In this document: positions 22,857-34,147 of the stretch, one piece after another | Numbering within the stretch: position 1 is the stretch's first letter | Layout: each line of letters starts with the position of its first letter | Assembly: GCA_001275005.1 (NCBI GenBank) | Contig: JWZX01003114.1 | Location: 1-51,210 of the forward strand | DNA: 51,210 nucleotides | Source: Chrysochromulina tobinii | Taxonomy: Eukaryota | Direction of reading: 5' to 3' | Notes under the pieces: model-generated | Databases searched by the model: none | Told to the model about the DNA's origin: nothing | The model's input: only the letters and a program-made list of their open reading frames with translations | Program-made: the position numbers and the translations under genes

Positions 22857-23627
22857 TCAGCGTGTCCACTGGGCGGCGCCCACTTTGGGCATGATCTGAA
22901 CGGTGATGTCGCCGTATACGTTCGTGATGCACGCGAGCTTGTACGTCTCCGGGTTTTCTCGCAACGTGCTCGACTCATCTAGAGAGCGACGGGTGCATGC
23001 CTCGAGCCCTTGCGCGACGTTGACAATGCACGTGCCGCACAGCTGTTGTCCGTTGCAATTGGTCCACCGCGTGATGGACTGATACACATTGATCTTCCGA
23101 GCGACGAGCTCGTCACGGAGGTTCGCACCATAAGGCACGCGTATCTGATCATCGGGTAATCCGGGGCGCTGCAAGGTTATGGTGACCGATTCGGGGGTGC
23201 CGCTGGCGTCCGCGCCCACGATGCTCTTCAACTGCTCGCGTGAGCCTCGGAAAAAGGTGAGGGCAACATCCGTGCCGCCTTCCGCTGCACCAAGACGCTC
23301 CATAGCCTCGCCGATGCCCAGTCCAAGGATCGACTCTCCAGCGATCGCTACCAGCTGGTCGCCGAGCTTGATGAGGCCGGTGCGCGCTGCTGCGCCATTG
23401 GGCACGAGGCCCATCACATATGGCCAGCGCAGCTGCAAGTCACAGCCGAAATCGATGCCGGTGACTCGGTCCACATCCACGGTCAGCACTCGAGGATCGT
23501 CAGTGGTGAGGCTGCACCGCGGCTGCAAGCAGCGGTGCTGCTGCGTCAGTGGCGAAATTCGCGGCGGAGACCAATTAGAACTGATCAAGAAGCTGAGATA
23601 CGGCACGAGGAGGAAGACGACCACCAT
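22857..23627 (-). CDS. PDZ domain + C-terminal [2Fe-2S] ferredoxin, probably plastid-targeted
   Basis: Hydrophobic signal MVVVFLLVPYLSF followed by an S/R-rich transit-like segment; PDZ GAAARTGLIKLGDQLVAI; ferredoxin GANLRDEL...NCNGQQLCGTC...LAC. Confidence 0.85.
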   Translation of the reverse strand: MVVVFLLVPYLSFLISSNWSPPRISPLTQQHRCLQPRCSLTTDDPRVLTVDVDRVTGIDFGCDLQLRWPYVMGLVPNGAAARTGLIKLGDQLVAIAGESILGLGIGEAMERLGAAEGGTDVALTFFRGSREQLKSIVGADASGTPESVTITLQRPGLPDDQIRVPYGANLRDELVARKINVYQSITRWTNCNGQQLCGTCIVNVAQGLEACTRRSLDESSTLRENPETYKLACITNVYGDITVQIMPKVGAAQWTR

Positions 23628-24272
23628 TGGGTTCACAGCCAATGGTTCGTTGGTTCTCGTGCTGGCGTCGGTTACACTAAAGCAATCAGAGGTGGACCTC
23701 CAGGACTATGGCTGACCACGCGAAACAAGACACGATAAAGTTTCGATATTGTGGGTCAAGTCTTCGTTCACGATTCAACGATTGGTGCGGTTCGCGATTG
23801 CCCATGCCGTGTCAGTGCTGGGACGGCTCTTGGTAACTAAACTATACTAAAACTATACTCGACGCTATGCGGACCGGGGCGGCCGTGCGTGTGCGGGCCG
23901 CCCGCGTGCCGCGAGCGGACCGCTCCACAGGATACCGATTCACAGCCAATGTTTATAATTCGACACCCAAGACACCGGACCGGCGTACATACGGATGCGG
24001 TTACCATTCACACGACACGGGCATGGATTCAGAGGCGCGACGCGATCACCCTAAGTATACCTCTCCGCGCCCCATTCTCGTTGATAGAATCGAATCGGCG
24101 CTCGCAAGACTGTCGGTGCGTGTGCATGCGGCTGCTACACACTCAGCATCCTTTCGCGTTTCGGCCTCTGAGTCACTAGCCTGATCCGTTGTGTTTCCCT
24201 AGACCCTACGCCCGTCGTAGCTCCGTTAAAGTTGTCTGCTGCGGCAACAACAAGCGCGCCTCAGGCGCAGTC

Positions 24273-27200
24273 CTAAAGCTTCAACTTCGGCCAGCCGATC
24301 GGATCCACCTCATCGTCATCCGCTCCGCCGACTGGCAGCTCGAAGCGCGGAGAGGGCAGCGGCTGCTGCTCGACGCTGATGCATAGCGCGTGGCTGAGCT
24401 CGCTTTTGCCGCCCGCGCGGCTCATGGCCGCGTTGATGGCCTCGAGCGCGCCGTCCAGGTGGCCGAGCACAGGATCGACTTTGCCGGTGCTCGGGAGGTG
24501 GCGAGCCTTTTTGGCTCGCTCCTCGGCCCGCTCGGCGATCGAGGCAAAGTAGGCGGCCAGAGCAGCAGCATCGGACTCGTCAGCATCGGACGAGGTCTGC
24601 TCGGATTCGGTCGGTTCGAGAACTTCCGCCTTGCCAGCGTCGGCGAAGACACCGCGAAAGCCCACGCGGAAGGCGTCCTCCTCAAGCTGGGCCGCCGAGC
24701 GAGCCCGCGAGGCCGAGGGGCAGATGTACTTCTCCATGATGACGCCCGTCGCGCGCGTCACCTCGTCGAAGCGCAGCGTATTCACGGTGCCCTTGCGGGC
24801 GGACAGGCGCGTCGAGCACTGGCGAACGCGGCTGAAGAGGGGTCCGAGGGCCATCAGGAACAGCCAGAGCAACCCCAGCCCGAGAAGCCGCGGGGATGCC
24901 TCGTCCAGGTACGAGTATCGCTCGACGGCCACGAAGACACCGATGGCTATGTAGAGGAGCAAGAGGAGGGAGAGGGTGTTGCGCATGCGTTTCATCAGGT
25001 CGCCCCCGATCAGGGGCGGCGTGCGGTACCACTTGGCGATACCATATTTCGTCGCGTAGATAGAGGAGAAGAGGCAGCATGCGGTGAGCAGCAGCGACGG
25101 CGGGTAGAGAGGTGCATAGCACAGGCCGATCGCGACCAGCCGGAAGGTCTCCGCATAAATTTGGCCAATCTGCATCGTCGACGGGCGGTAGAGCTCATTG
25201 AGCTTGATCTGCGAGCCGTGGCGCTCCGCAAAATAGCCATACACATGCCGCCGAATGAGGGCGGGCACGTCGACGTAGCGCGCGAAGTCGGCGGCGGCGC
25301 TGGTCGAGATGATGAGGACGTACGCCTGCGCGACGAGCCCGCCACCCTCGAAGGAGGCCTGTGTGATGCCGGTGATGAAGAAGACGATGTTCCGATCCTT
25401 CGGGTCGTAGAGAGTGAACATGGACACGAAGATGGGCACGACGAGCGTGTTGACCAAATAGAAGAAGGAGAGGCGTGTGAACTTGTGTCGCTCGAACTCG
25501 GAGCGCGTCGGATGTGCCTCGCGGTGCGTGAGCTTATCGATGGCGAAGTTGATGATGAGGTTGAAGACGAGGGTTACCACGGAGTTGAGGGTGCTCACCA
25601 CAAACCCTGGGACCTTGCTGCTGATGTCGTCCTGGTTGCCGTCTGCGGCAAACTGCGCGTGTGCGATTTGCAGTAGGCGCGTTGTGTAGAGGCTCGTCGT
25701 GGCCAGAACGAGCAGCAGCACGCCGAGCAGCGTGTGCACGATGTGCCGACAGCGGCGCGTCGGCTCATCTATCTCGAGGTTCTCCCACATGACATCGCTC
25801 GGCTCCGGAGCGCGCTCCACATGAACGTGGCGCCAACTCGCCGACTGCAGGGGCGGGCCGACGCCGCCCAAGTTGCCGCACTCGCCGAAGCGGAAGCGCG
25901 GCCCGAGGGGTGTGGGCGAGTGGCGCACGACGTCGACGAGAATGTCGTGGGGCGTGTCCTTACCGAAGCTCGGCAGTTCATGTGTGAAGAGGTCGAGGAA
26001 GCGGTCGCGCGTCGCCTCGAGGCTGAAGATGACAAAGGCATGCCCGGCGGTGCGGTGCGTCTCGTGCGACAGAGCACGGAGCTCAGCACGCGCCTCTTCA
26101 AGCTCCTTGGAGCACGCGTGGAGATCATCGCGTGTGCGCTTGATCTGCTCGAGGTCCTTGGCCTTCTTGTCAAGGCGAAGTAGGCGTTGAAGCGGCTTGA
26201 GCACGGTGCCGAGGCGCGTCGGAGCAGGGACAACCACCTCCACTGCAACCTGCTTCGACGCCACCTCCTGGTTTTGTTGTTGCCGGTACCGAGAGAAGAT
26301 GAACTCCTGCCGCTGTGCCTTGACCTCTGCGAGTCTTCGGAGCTGCGCAAGCTCGCGCCCGCAGTCACGCCCGAGCTCTATGTGCTGGATGTCCGCCTCG
26401 TTGAAGCCGTGGCGCGCCAGGTCGGTTCGCAGCCGCTTCTCCATCGACGGCACGCCCTTGGAATCGTCGTACTCGACCTTGTCGAGGCCTGTGATGAGCA
26501 CGGCATAGCGCGAGGGCGTGATGGCACCCTGCTCCTTGAAGTTGCCGCTGGCGACAACCTGCATGCGGCGCAGCCGGACGAGGAATGCCGTGAAGAGCAT
26601 GCCAACGAGCACAAACGTCGCCACTAAGAGCAGGGTGCCGTCGTGGGACACGAGGCCGCTCTCGCCTTCGAGGCAGAAGGAGGCGTTGGAGCGAATCCGC
26701 ACGAAGGGCGAGAAGCTGGGAGTGGCGATGATCTGCGTCGTGGTGAAGTTGTCGGGCGAGTTGCGGTACTCCTCGCACGAGCCTGTGCCGGCGAGCAAGA
26801 GATGATCTTGCACCAAAGACGACGCCCTCTGATCGAGCTGCGGCAGCACCGTACGGATGTCAAGGCCTTCAAAGCCACAGCGGCCCAGCGTTGCACGGTC
26901 CGCGCTGGTGCGATCGGCTGGGTCGCGCATGGCGGCAGCGCGGCAGTTGTCCCGCTCGAGGTTGCGAAGTACCAGGTCGTACGTCAACGGGGCTGCGACG
27001 AGCCCCATGGCCACAAAGAGCACGGTACCTTCGACGAGGAAGCGCAGGTACAAATAGACAGCGATGGGACAGCCGTACTCGGCGAGATCGCGGATGGGCG
27101 AGAACCACGGGCAGCGCTCAATATTGACGCGCACGCCGGAGGGGTCGACAAAGTGACCGCGAGGCGTGACCCGCTTCTTGACACAGCGGTGCATGAGGTT

Positions 27201-27962
27201 CGCAGCGTATGCGATCGTTCGGTCGGCGGGCTTCAGCCGACCCGAGAGTAGTTCCGCCTCGATTTGTGATTCTTCCGTGTTGCGCTTTGAGGAGCTCTTG
27301 CGCTTGCTTTCCCGCTTAGAGGTGCCGCTTGAGCCAGATGTCAGCTCGTGGGTCGAGGGCCGGGTTGTCACCGCCGTTGGCTCGTTGGAGTCTGTCGCCG
27401 TGTCAACGAAAGGCATGGCAGCCGAGGGAGCTGCAGAGAAGGATGCAGCTCTGGGTCCGGAGCTCTGGGCCATCGATGCCGCGTACGCGCGATCAGCAAG
27501 GTCCTCCTCCTCTGACCGCGCCTCCGAACGATTCATGGCGGTAAGGGCCCGTACCGTCTTAAGCCTTCCACTTGCCGCCTTCCAACTCTTCTCAGGAGGG
27601 CTTGCGATCGGATTCATGCATGTTGCTCGTGTTGTGTTGCAGTACATTGCGTTGGAGGCGAAGGCCGAGTACATATCGTCATCTCCGCCTGAGGCGTCTG
27701 AACGCATGGAATCGGACTTGGAAGACAGGGCTGGGCTGGCAGCGCGGCCCTGTTCCCGGCCGGGCAATGGCGCCGTGAGATCCTTTGTCACCGAGGCGGC
27801 GGTGGAGACTGTGACCTGTGCGAGTGCCTCTGCCGACTTGGGCAGTGTCAGCACCGATGTAATGGCCTCTTTGGTGATTATGTTCGCCGCAGAAAGGGTC
27901 CCTTTAGCGTTCGAGGTCATCCGTTTGGCTCTATCGATAGCTGAGAGAGGACGTTGAAACAT
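24273..27962 (-). CDS. OSCA/TMEM63 (CSC1)-like Ca2+-permeable channel
   Basis: AVYLYLRFL, PSRYAVLITGL, AGHAFVIF, VERAPEPSDVMWENL, REAHPTRSEFE, YAPLYP, multiple TM helices. First ATG at 27962. Confidence 0.82.
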   Translation of the reverse strand: MFQRPLSAIDRAKRMTSNAKGTLSAANIITKEAITSVLTLPKSAEALAQVTVSTAASVTKDLTAPLPGREQGRAASPALSSKSDSMRSDASGGDDDMYSAFASNAMYCNTTRATCMNPIASPPEKSWKAASGRLKTVRALTAMNRSEARSEEEDLADRAYAASMAQSSGPRAASFSAAPSAAMPFVDTATDSNEPTAVTTRPSTHELTSGSSGTSKRESKRKSSSKRNTEESQIEAELLSGRLKPADRTIAYAANLMHRCVKKRVTPRGHFVDPSGVRVNIERCPWFSPIRDLAEYGCPIAVYLYLRFLVEGTVLFVAMGLVAAPLTYDLVLRNLERDNCRAAAMRDPADRTSADRATLGRCGFEGLDIRTVLPQLDQRASSLVQDHLLLAGTGSCEEYRNSPDNFTTTQIIATPSFSPFVRIRSNASFCLEGESGLVSHDGTLLLVATFVLVGMLFTAFLVRLRRMQVVASGNFKEQGAITPSRYAVLITGLDKVEYDDSKGVPSMEKRLRTDLARHGFNEADIQHIELGRDCGRELAQLRRLAEVKAQRQEFIFSRYRQQQNQEVASKQVAVEVVVPAPTRLGTVLKPLQRLLRLDKKAKDLEQIKRTRDDLHACSKELEEARAELRALSHETHRTAGHAFVIFSLEATRDRFLDLFTHELPSFGKDTPHDILVDVVRHSPTPLGPRFRFGECGNLGGVGPPLQSASWRHVHVERAPEPSDVMWENLEIDEPTRRCRHIVHTLLGVLLLVLATTSLYTTRLLQIAHAQFAADGNQDDISSKVPGFVVSTLNSVVTLVFNLIINFAIDKLTHREAHPTRSEFERHKFTRLSFFYLVNTLVVPIFVSMFTLYDPKDRNIVFFITGITQASFEGGGLVAQAYVLIISTSAAADFARYVDVPALIRRHVYGYFAERHGSQIKLNELYRPSTMQIGQIYAETFRLVAIGLCYAPLYPPSLLLTACCLFSSIYATKYGIAKWYRTPPLIGGDLMKRMRNTLSLLLLLYIAIGVFVAVERYSYLDEASPRLLGLGLLWLFLMALGPLFSRVRQCSTRLSARKGTVNTLRFDEVTRATGVIMEKYICPSASRARSAAQLEEDAFRVGFRGVFADAGKAEVLEPTESEQTSSDADESDAAALAAYFASIAERAEERAKKARHLPSTGKVDPVLGHLDGALEAINAAMSRAGGKSELSHALCISVEQQPLPSPRFELPVGGADDDEVDPIGWPKLKL

Positions 27963-28141
27963 TGGAGGTTCGCGGCGGCACGAGTTCTGAAGCCCCTCTT
28001 TTCCCGCGACGCCGAGCGTGAAAGTGGGTTGGGCTTCACAGAGAGAAAGGAGGGGCTGCCCTCTCACCCTCCGCGCACGCGCTGTTCCGTGCGCTCTTCA
28101 ATGGCGCGCTTCAGCGGCGCGACGGCAAGTTCGACTGGTTC

Positions 28142-29350
28142 ATGTCAGCGGTTGTCAGGCTCGAGTCGCACGGCTTCGCTGACGCGCTTGTGCGTTCGCA
28201 GAAGAACACAAAGGGCGACGCAACTGAGGTAACTCTTGCCCCAATCTGTGAAGGTGCAGAGGGCCGCTGCGGTGCTGGTCAAATTGTTGCCGTTCCTTTC
28301 AATACTCGCTCATACTTCCAGAGATCGTACGGCGGCACCTGCGACGCGACGCCTTTTGGTGCCAGTGACTACTCGTGCGTCGACTATGGCGCCGGCAAAA
28401 TAGTGTTCAGCGGCCAATCGCTTACCTTCGAGGTGGACCTGAGCGGCGACGGCTGCGGATGTAACGCTGCTCTGTACTTGGTCTCCATGCCGCAAAGCCA
28501 TAACGAGTCGCAGTGCCACGATTTTTACTGCGATGCGAACAATGTTTGCGGCGTTCGGTGCGATGAAATTGACTTGATGGAGGCCAATACCGTCGCGTGG
28601 GTGAGCACAGTTCACGTCGGTGACGATGGCGCAGGGGAGGGCTTCGGCTACGCACACTACGTCTTCCCCCAAGAGAAGCGCCTCCGTTCGCCTACGCACG
28701 ACTGCGCTTACGGCCCGTCGCCCGAGTGTGCCGTCAACACGCTCTACCCTTTTGGGGTCAACATCACTTTCACGCCTTCGGAAGAAGTCTTTGGCTACTG
28801 GGTGGTCCTTTCACAGGTCGGGCGCACAGCGTCGCTCGGGCCTGTGAGATACGTTGGCCGTCCGCAGCAAGGCAGCGTCCTTAGCGCGGACGAGGCCAAC
28901 GCACAGCTGCGCGCGAGCCTCGACGCAGGTATGACCCTCGTCGTGAGCCACTGGGCAGGGTCCAAGAAGAGCTCGATGGCTTGGCTCGATGCACCATGTG
29001 CGCCCTCTGAAATCTCCGGCTGGGCGTGCAACGACATCTTCGTCGAGCACCCCGAGTGGCCATGGCTGTGCCCCGTTGATGACGAGAGCCACTCAAGCTG
29101 TCCACAAACCTTTACGCTCAGGGACATCGCGCTGTCGGGGCAGCCGCCCGCGCCACCTCTGCCACCGCCATACATGATCACCTTCGAGGAGCTCACGACC
29201 AACGTCACAGTCGGCGTGAGCTTCGGGCTTCTGCTCGGGATGGCCATCGGTGTCGTTCTCACCCTTGCCTTGCTTGGCCCTCGCAAGAACTCGCACGAGC
29301 GCGTAGAGCAGCAGGAGATGGCTTCGTCGATGGATACGGCGGATGTGTGA
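28142..29350 (+). CDS. Glycoside hydrolase family 7-like glucanase with C-terminal TM helix
   Basis: LTFEVDLS..GCGCNAALYLVSM, YCDAN, CDEIDLMEAN (E-x-D-x-x-E catalytic motif), GMTLVVSHW, MAWLD; Pro-rich linker; TM VGVSFGLLLGMAIGVVLTLALL. Confidence 0.8.
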   Translation: MSAVVRLESHGFADALVRSQKNTKGDATEVTLAPICEGAEGRCGAGQIVAVPFNTRSYFQRSYGGTCDATPFGASDYSCVDYGAGKIVFSGQSLTFEVDLSGDGCGCNAALYLVSMPQSHNESQCHDFYCDANNVCGVRCDEIDLMEANTVAWVSTVHVGDDGAGEGFGYAHYVFPQEKRLRSPTHDCAYGPSPECAVNTLYPFGVNITFTPSEEVFGYWVVLSQVGRTASLGPVRYVGRPQQGSVLSADEANAQLRASLDAGMTLVVSHWAGSKKSSMAWLDAPCAPSEISGWACNDIFVEHPEWPWLCPVDDESHSSCPQTFTLRDIALSGQPPAPPLPPPYMITFEELTTNVTVGVSFGLLLGMAIGVVLTLALLGPRKNSHERVEQQEMASSMDTADV

Positions 29351-29451
29351 GGCAAGAGAGGGCAGGCACCCACAGGTAGAGCGCGTACTATTCGGGCATG
29401 GTCCAATTTTGATTTCACACTCGTGTTAACGTTCACACACAGCTTTTATAA

Positions 29452-30456
29452 ATGCTGAGCCTAAACGCAGGGATCCTCTCGGCTCTTGGCGCCTTCGTCT
29501 CCACGAGTGGCACCTGCATGGCGCCGTTGCGTACATTAGAGTCCTTAAAGATGACCAGCGTCGCGGACGATGCAGAGACGTGGCTGACGTTTAATCTTGG
29601 AAAGATTGCATCGAAGAGGAGCATGGCCAGCGGCTCTGGCGGCGCGGCGCTTACGCGCTATACGTTGGAAGGCGCGCGGTGCGACGTTGTTGTGAAGACC
29701 TCGCGGTCCAAGAACCTGGAGCAGATGTTCTTAGGAGAGGCGTTTGGGCTTCGTGCACTCCGGGCGTCGGGTTCCATGGTTGTCCCAGAAGTCTTTCACT
29801 TCGACGACAGCATCGCCGGTGGTTCCTATCTGATCATGGAGTTCATGGAGTTTTCTGGACGCGCCGACCCCAGCGAATTCGGAAGGTGCATGGCGCAGAT
29901 GCATGCGGCGGTACCTCTCGACGAGGAGGCACGCGCTGGCAAGTTTGGCTTCAAGGTCGACAACACGATTGGCGCCACGCCGCAGCCGAACTCATGGACG
30001 GCAGGTACGGGCACGGCCGCGTGGGTCGAGTTCTTCAGGGATAAGCGTATTGGACACCAGCTGCGCCTGGCCCGCGACGAACGCATGAAGCAGGAGTGGG
30101 AACGGGTGCTCGAGGCTACTGACGGCTTGGCGACGCTCTTCAACGGCGTCGAGGTCAAGCCGTCCGTGCTGCATGGCGATCTATGGAGCGGCAACATCGC
30201 CGCTGTTGCGGGCAAGCCGGCAATTTTCGATCCCGCCGCTTACTATGGCCACCATGAGGCCGAGTGGGGTATGGCATGGTGCGCGAGCCTGGGCCCCGCC
30301 TTCTGGCAGGGTTACCGCGACGTCCTCCCAAAGGACGAGGGCTTCGACAAACGCGCTGTCTTGTACGAGCTCTACCACAAGCTCAACCATTACAACTTGT
30401 TTGGAGGCGGGTATTACCATGACGCCCTGGGGCTTATGATGAGTTTGGCGGAGTAG
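29452..30456 (+). CDS. Fructosamine/ribulosamine 3-kinase family protein
   Basis: MFLGEAFGL, KFGFKVDNTIGATPQPN, PSVLHGDLWSGN, FDPAAYYGHHEAE, LYELYHKLNHYNLFG. Confidence 0.92.
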   Translation: MLSLNAGILSALGAFVSTSGTCMAPLRTLESLKMTSVADDAETWLTFNLGKIASKRSMASGSGGAALTRYTLEGARCDVVVKTSRSKNLEQMFLGEAFGLRALRASGSMVVPEVFHFDDSIAGGSYLIMEFMEFSGRADPSEFGRCMAQMHAAVPLDEEARAGKFGFKVDNTIGATPQPNSWTAGTGTAAWVEFFRDKRIGHQLRLARDERMKQEWERVLEATDGLATLFNGVEVKPSVLHGDLWSGNIAAVAGKPAIFDPAAYYGHHEAEWGMAWCASLGPAFWQGYRDVLPKDEGFDKRAVLYELYHKLNHYNLFGGGYYHDALGLMMSLAE

Positions 30457-30823
30457 CTCTCTATAGCTCACTCGGAGATCAGACAACGGACTCACTCGAC
30501 ATCGCGGTGTCATCCCAACATCCGGAGTACATGCATATGTCTCACTTGTGTCATTAAGAAGTCTCCAGACGTCTCCACGCGTGCGCGCGCGCGGGTGTGT
30601 GTGTTGATTTAAAACAGGACCACACAGTACAGCGGCGCTCATGCAGGCGCGTCCCCGGGGGGGCGCGCTTACATGACTACTGGCAACAGGCCAGCAAGCG
30701 GGGCGCCGCTAAGGAGGTGAGATTTCCTGGATGTGTGACACAGAGCAGATTCCCAGGAAGGAAAATCGCTCCGCCATACACGCCGTGCGATGCCGCCTGC
30801 GCGCGCGCGCACGCCAAAGCCTG

Positions 30824-31480
30824 ATGGCCGACGACGACGAGTCTCCGACGGCCTCAACCAGCGCACTCCGCTCCGCCTGGGTCGACGACCCCCCCTTTCC
30901 GCCGTGCCAAGTGCTGCACGAAACGTTTCGCCAGCAGAAGTGGTCGTGGATGCCGTCGCGGTCATGCCGGCCGAGGGACCAGCCGATGCGACTGCGCAGC
31001 ATCGAGCGACGCACCAGCGCAGGGCGACGCCCGCCGAGCACCTCTTCATGCTCAGGCGCTACGAAGACGAGAATCCGCAGCAGCATTTCAGGCTCGACGT
31101 TATGCACACGTGCATCGGGGCGGCGTATCCGGACGCGGTGGTCAGCGACGTGCGCTACCAGAGCGCGATGAAGTGGTTCAGGCAGCTCGAGGTGATGAAA
31201 CCGGGCGACGAGAGCTCTGGCGGCGTCCTGAGTTGCGCGAGGAAGCGCTCCGCCGCGCTCGCGCGTGCGCCTGCATGCAGAGGTCGAGCATTGGAAGCAG
31301 AAAGTCGTTCCCGCGCCAGAGAAGAAGCAGGCGTGCGAGGTGCGCGCGTACGGCAATGCGGCAGTGGCGGCGGCGGCAGCGACGGAAGCTACCTGTGCAC
31401 TCGACATCGTCGTGACGCGACGGTGTCGAGCGCATCTATGCGTACCCCGAGGTGCGAGGGAGACTGTGGAGCGTTTCTGA
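30824..31480 (+). CDS. Hypothetical small spliced gene
   Basis: MADDDESP...QQKW joins ATPAEHLFMLRRYEDENP...WFRQLE through a GT-AG intron at 30943-31022. A possible third exon (VEHWKQKVV..., ~31282 onward) has an unresolved junction. Confidence 0.4.
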
Positions 31481-31990
31481 GGTCAGGTCTAGCACCCACC
31501 ACTGCACGAAAGAAATGGTGTCCTGGGCACGTCAACGTCACTTTCAGACGCGTGGGTTTCGGCGGGTGTAAATCCGTGTGTGTTGTTGGTGGGTTCATTG
31601 GGTGGGTTTCGACAAGTTACTAAATTGATTATGAATGTATGGCGAATTCTGAATTGCGCTGCACAGCAACCGACAGAAAAGCATAACGCCGCGCCGGGGC
31701 GAGCGTGCAACTTTCGCGTTGTGTTCAAGGCGTCTTGGGTGAGGGGGGCTACCAGTGTCTTCGATGCCCACGGCGGCGTTTTAAAACCGCGGGCTCTTTT
31801 GATGAGGAGGAACGTGGAGTCGGCCTGGGTAACTGTCCTTGGGGCACCGGGGGATCGTGCGTTTCGTGAGGCGCCGTATCGGGCATATTACTTGTAGAAA
31901 ACTTGACCCTCCCCTGGCCCGCGTGTGCAAAGAGTGCTTTTTGGAAGAACGGTCTGATTTTGCTCGTTATCCGCGGTGTCGACGCCGGCG

Positions 31991-33068
31991 ATGACAGGAG
32001 CTAGCAGCAGCGGCCCCAGTGGCCTATCCACGGCGATTGCACTGGCCGTCATCGGCTCTGCAAGCAACAACATAGGCAAGGTGCTGCAGAAGCAGGCGAC
32101 AACAGACCTACCCCAGATGTCGATGGATCCAAAGGTGCTGCTGCTGTACACGTCCAGCCATCTCTGGCGCCTTGGCTTGCTCGCCGACGTCGGCGGGGCA
32201 CTGATAACCCTGATAGCTCTGTCGATGGCGCCCGTGTCCGTCATACAACCTGTTGGAGGGTGTGGCATGGCCATCCTCGCGCTCTTCTCCCACTTTTATC
32301 TCAAAGAGATCTTGCGAACGATCGAACGCATCGGCGTTGCCATGGCAGTGATCGGCACGATTGGTGTCGGTTTGACCGCCAGCCAGAGCAAGAGCATCAT
32401 GCCGAATGCGGCCATGGGCTGCTTCCTCCTCGCCGTCATGGCATTTACGTTTGCTGTGCTCGAAGGGTCTCTCCGGCATGCCTCTCGTGCGTCGAGCGGA
32501 TCGAAGCTGCAGGTGCTTGCGGACACCGGCCTGGGCGAGGCGATTGCAGCGGGTCGCCGACCCATCATGCATCGCATTGAGGTAGTCGCTGGGCTGCAGG
32601 GAGGCATGCTCTTCGGCCTCTCAGCTGCATCCGCTCGCACAGGCATGCTCCTCTCCGAGCTGCTCGAACGTCCAGTGTTGGCCGCACTGGGCGTCGCATG
32701 CAGCATCGCCTTCTCTTCCGCGGGCATCTTCTGCCAAAACCGGGGCATGAAGGAGGGTCGGGCGGTCGTCGTGTGCACCTACGCAGTCATCGGGACAATA
32801 GTGAGCGGCGTCGTCATTGGACTCCTTGCGCTGAATGAAGGCATCCCTTCGGATAGCATAGGTGGTGCGTGGGGCCATGCTAGCGCAAAGAGTTCCTGAT
32901 GCGCCCGCTATGGCGCCGCGTCGAGTGCATCCGCCTGACGATCGCTTCCCTCATGCCGCAGGTTGGGCTTGCTCCTTGCTTTGCATCCTCGCCGGCATTG
33001 GTTTGTTGATGCGCAGGGCGCCTGGGAGCACTACTAAGGTCGCAAAAGAACTCAAGGAAGTTGTTTAG
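31991..33068 (+). CDS. NIPA-like/DMT-superfamily transporter (plant NIPA9-like), intron 32865-32961
   Basis: [57 protein letters not shown]; the last TM lies in the spliced exon. Confidence 0.82.
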
Positions 33069-33295
33069 CCATGAGTTGTGGGGGTCTGCGCGGGAAATCC
33101 GCGGGCACAGGCGCACAGCCGTGTCGTCTGAGATAATATGGGGTGATACGTTTGTATGGGGATCAGAATCTGTTCACTCAGCACTTTGAAGTGAGAACGT
33201 TACTGGACTGTTTTCTGTGCTCGTGTGTGTGTGAACGTTCACAGACGTTCGTGTACGGACAAGAAACGGTCTGATGAAATGGCGCATCGGCGAGC

Positions 33296-33937
33296 ATGAG
33301 CGCGGCGACCGAAAGAGAGATGCAGCGCATCATCGACTGTTGGGCACTCGCTGAGAAGCGAGCTCAACATCTTTGCGCCTTCGAGACGCTCGGGATTAAT
33401 TATCGCTGCCGGAAGCCTTCACAGGAGGAGGTGCGAAAGGCGTGGCGGACGCTGAGCACGAAGATACACCCGGACAGGAATGCAGATTGCAGCGAGCTCG
33501 CAACGATGGCGATGCGATGCGTGAATTTGGCCAAACAGCACTTGTTTGAACAACATTTTGGCTATGCTGAGGCACGAGTAAGGTACAAGCGCGAGCCCGA
33601 CAAGGCAGCTGTGCAAGCGAGGGAGGCTGCAGAGGAAGCGGCGGCGGCGGAGGCGGCGGAGGCGGCCGAGTGCACGGCCGAGGCAGAGCGGTGTGCACGC
33701 CTGGCTGCGAGTCTGCTGCCGCATCTTTCAACGGATGATGCGCCGCGCGAGGTCTCCGACTCGTTACCGCAGGTCCCGATCGGCAAGCGCGAGCGGGAGG
33801 CAGTCGAGAGCAGCAGGAGTAGCGAGGATGGCCGCAAGGATTACGATAAGGACGGCGACGAGGACGGCAGCAGCAAGGATGGCGGCAGTGAGGGCGCTAT
33901 CAAACTGCCCCGCGTCGATTCCGCTGCGTCGAGGTGA
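33296..33937 (+). CDS. J-domain (DnaJ) protein
   Basis: AFETLGI...EEVRKAWRTLSTKIHPDRN (HPD motif)...VNLAKQHL. Confidence 0.8.
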   Translation: MSAATEREMQRIIDCWALAEKRAQHLCAFETLGINYRCRKPSQEEVRKAWRTLSTKIHPDRNADCSELATMAMRCVNLAKQHLFEQHFGYAEARVRYKREPDKAAVQAREAAEEAAAAEAAEAAECTAEAERCARLAASLLPHLSTDDAPREVSDSLPQVPIGKREREAVESSRSSEDGRKDYDKDGDEDGSSKDGGSEGAIKLPRVDSAASR

Positions 33938-34147
33938 TGAGGAGCTAACGATTTTGTCTGTGGAAAGGTCGGTTAGCAGGTTAGCACGCAGCAGGCAGCA
34001 GGACTCCACTGGTCACTGCTTCCTCGTCCACTCCGCTCACTTCCACCGTCACCTTGACCCAAGGGGGAGTGGTCTACTATTTTTCATGTTTATTTAAGGC
34101 CCCACATCCCTACTTGGAGTTCTCGTGTCTCGTTCACAGCCTATTTC

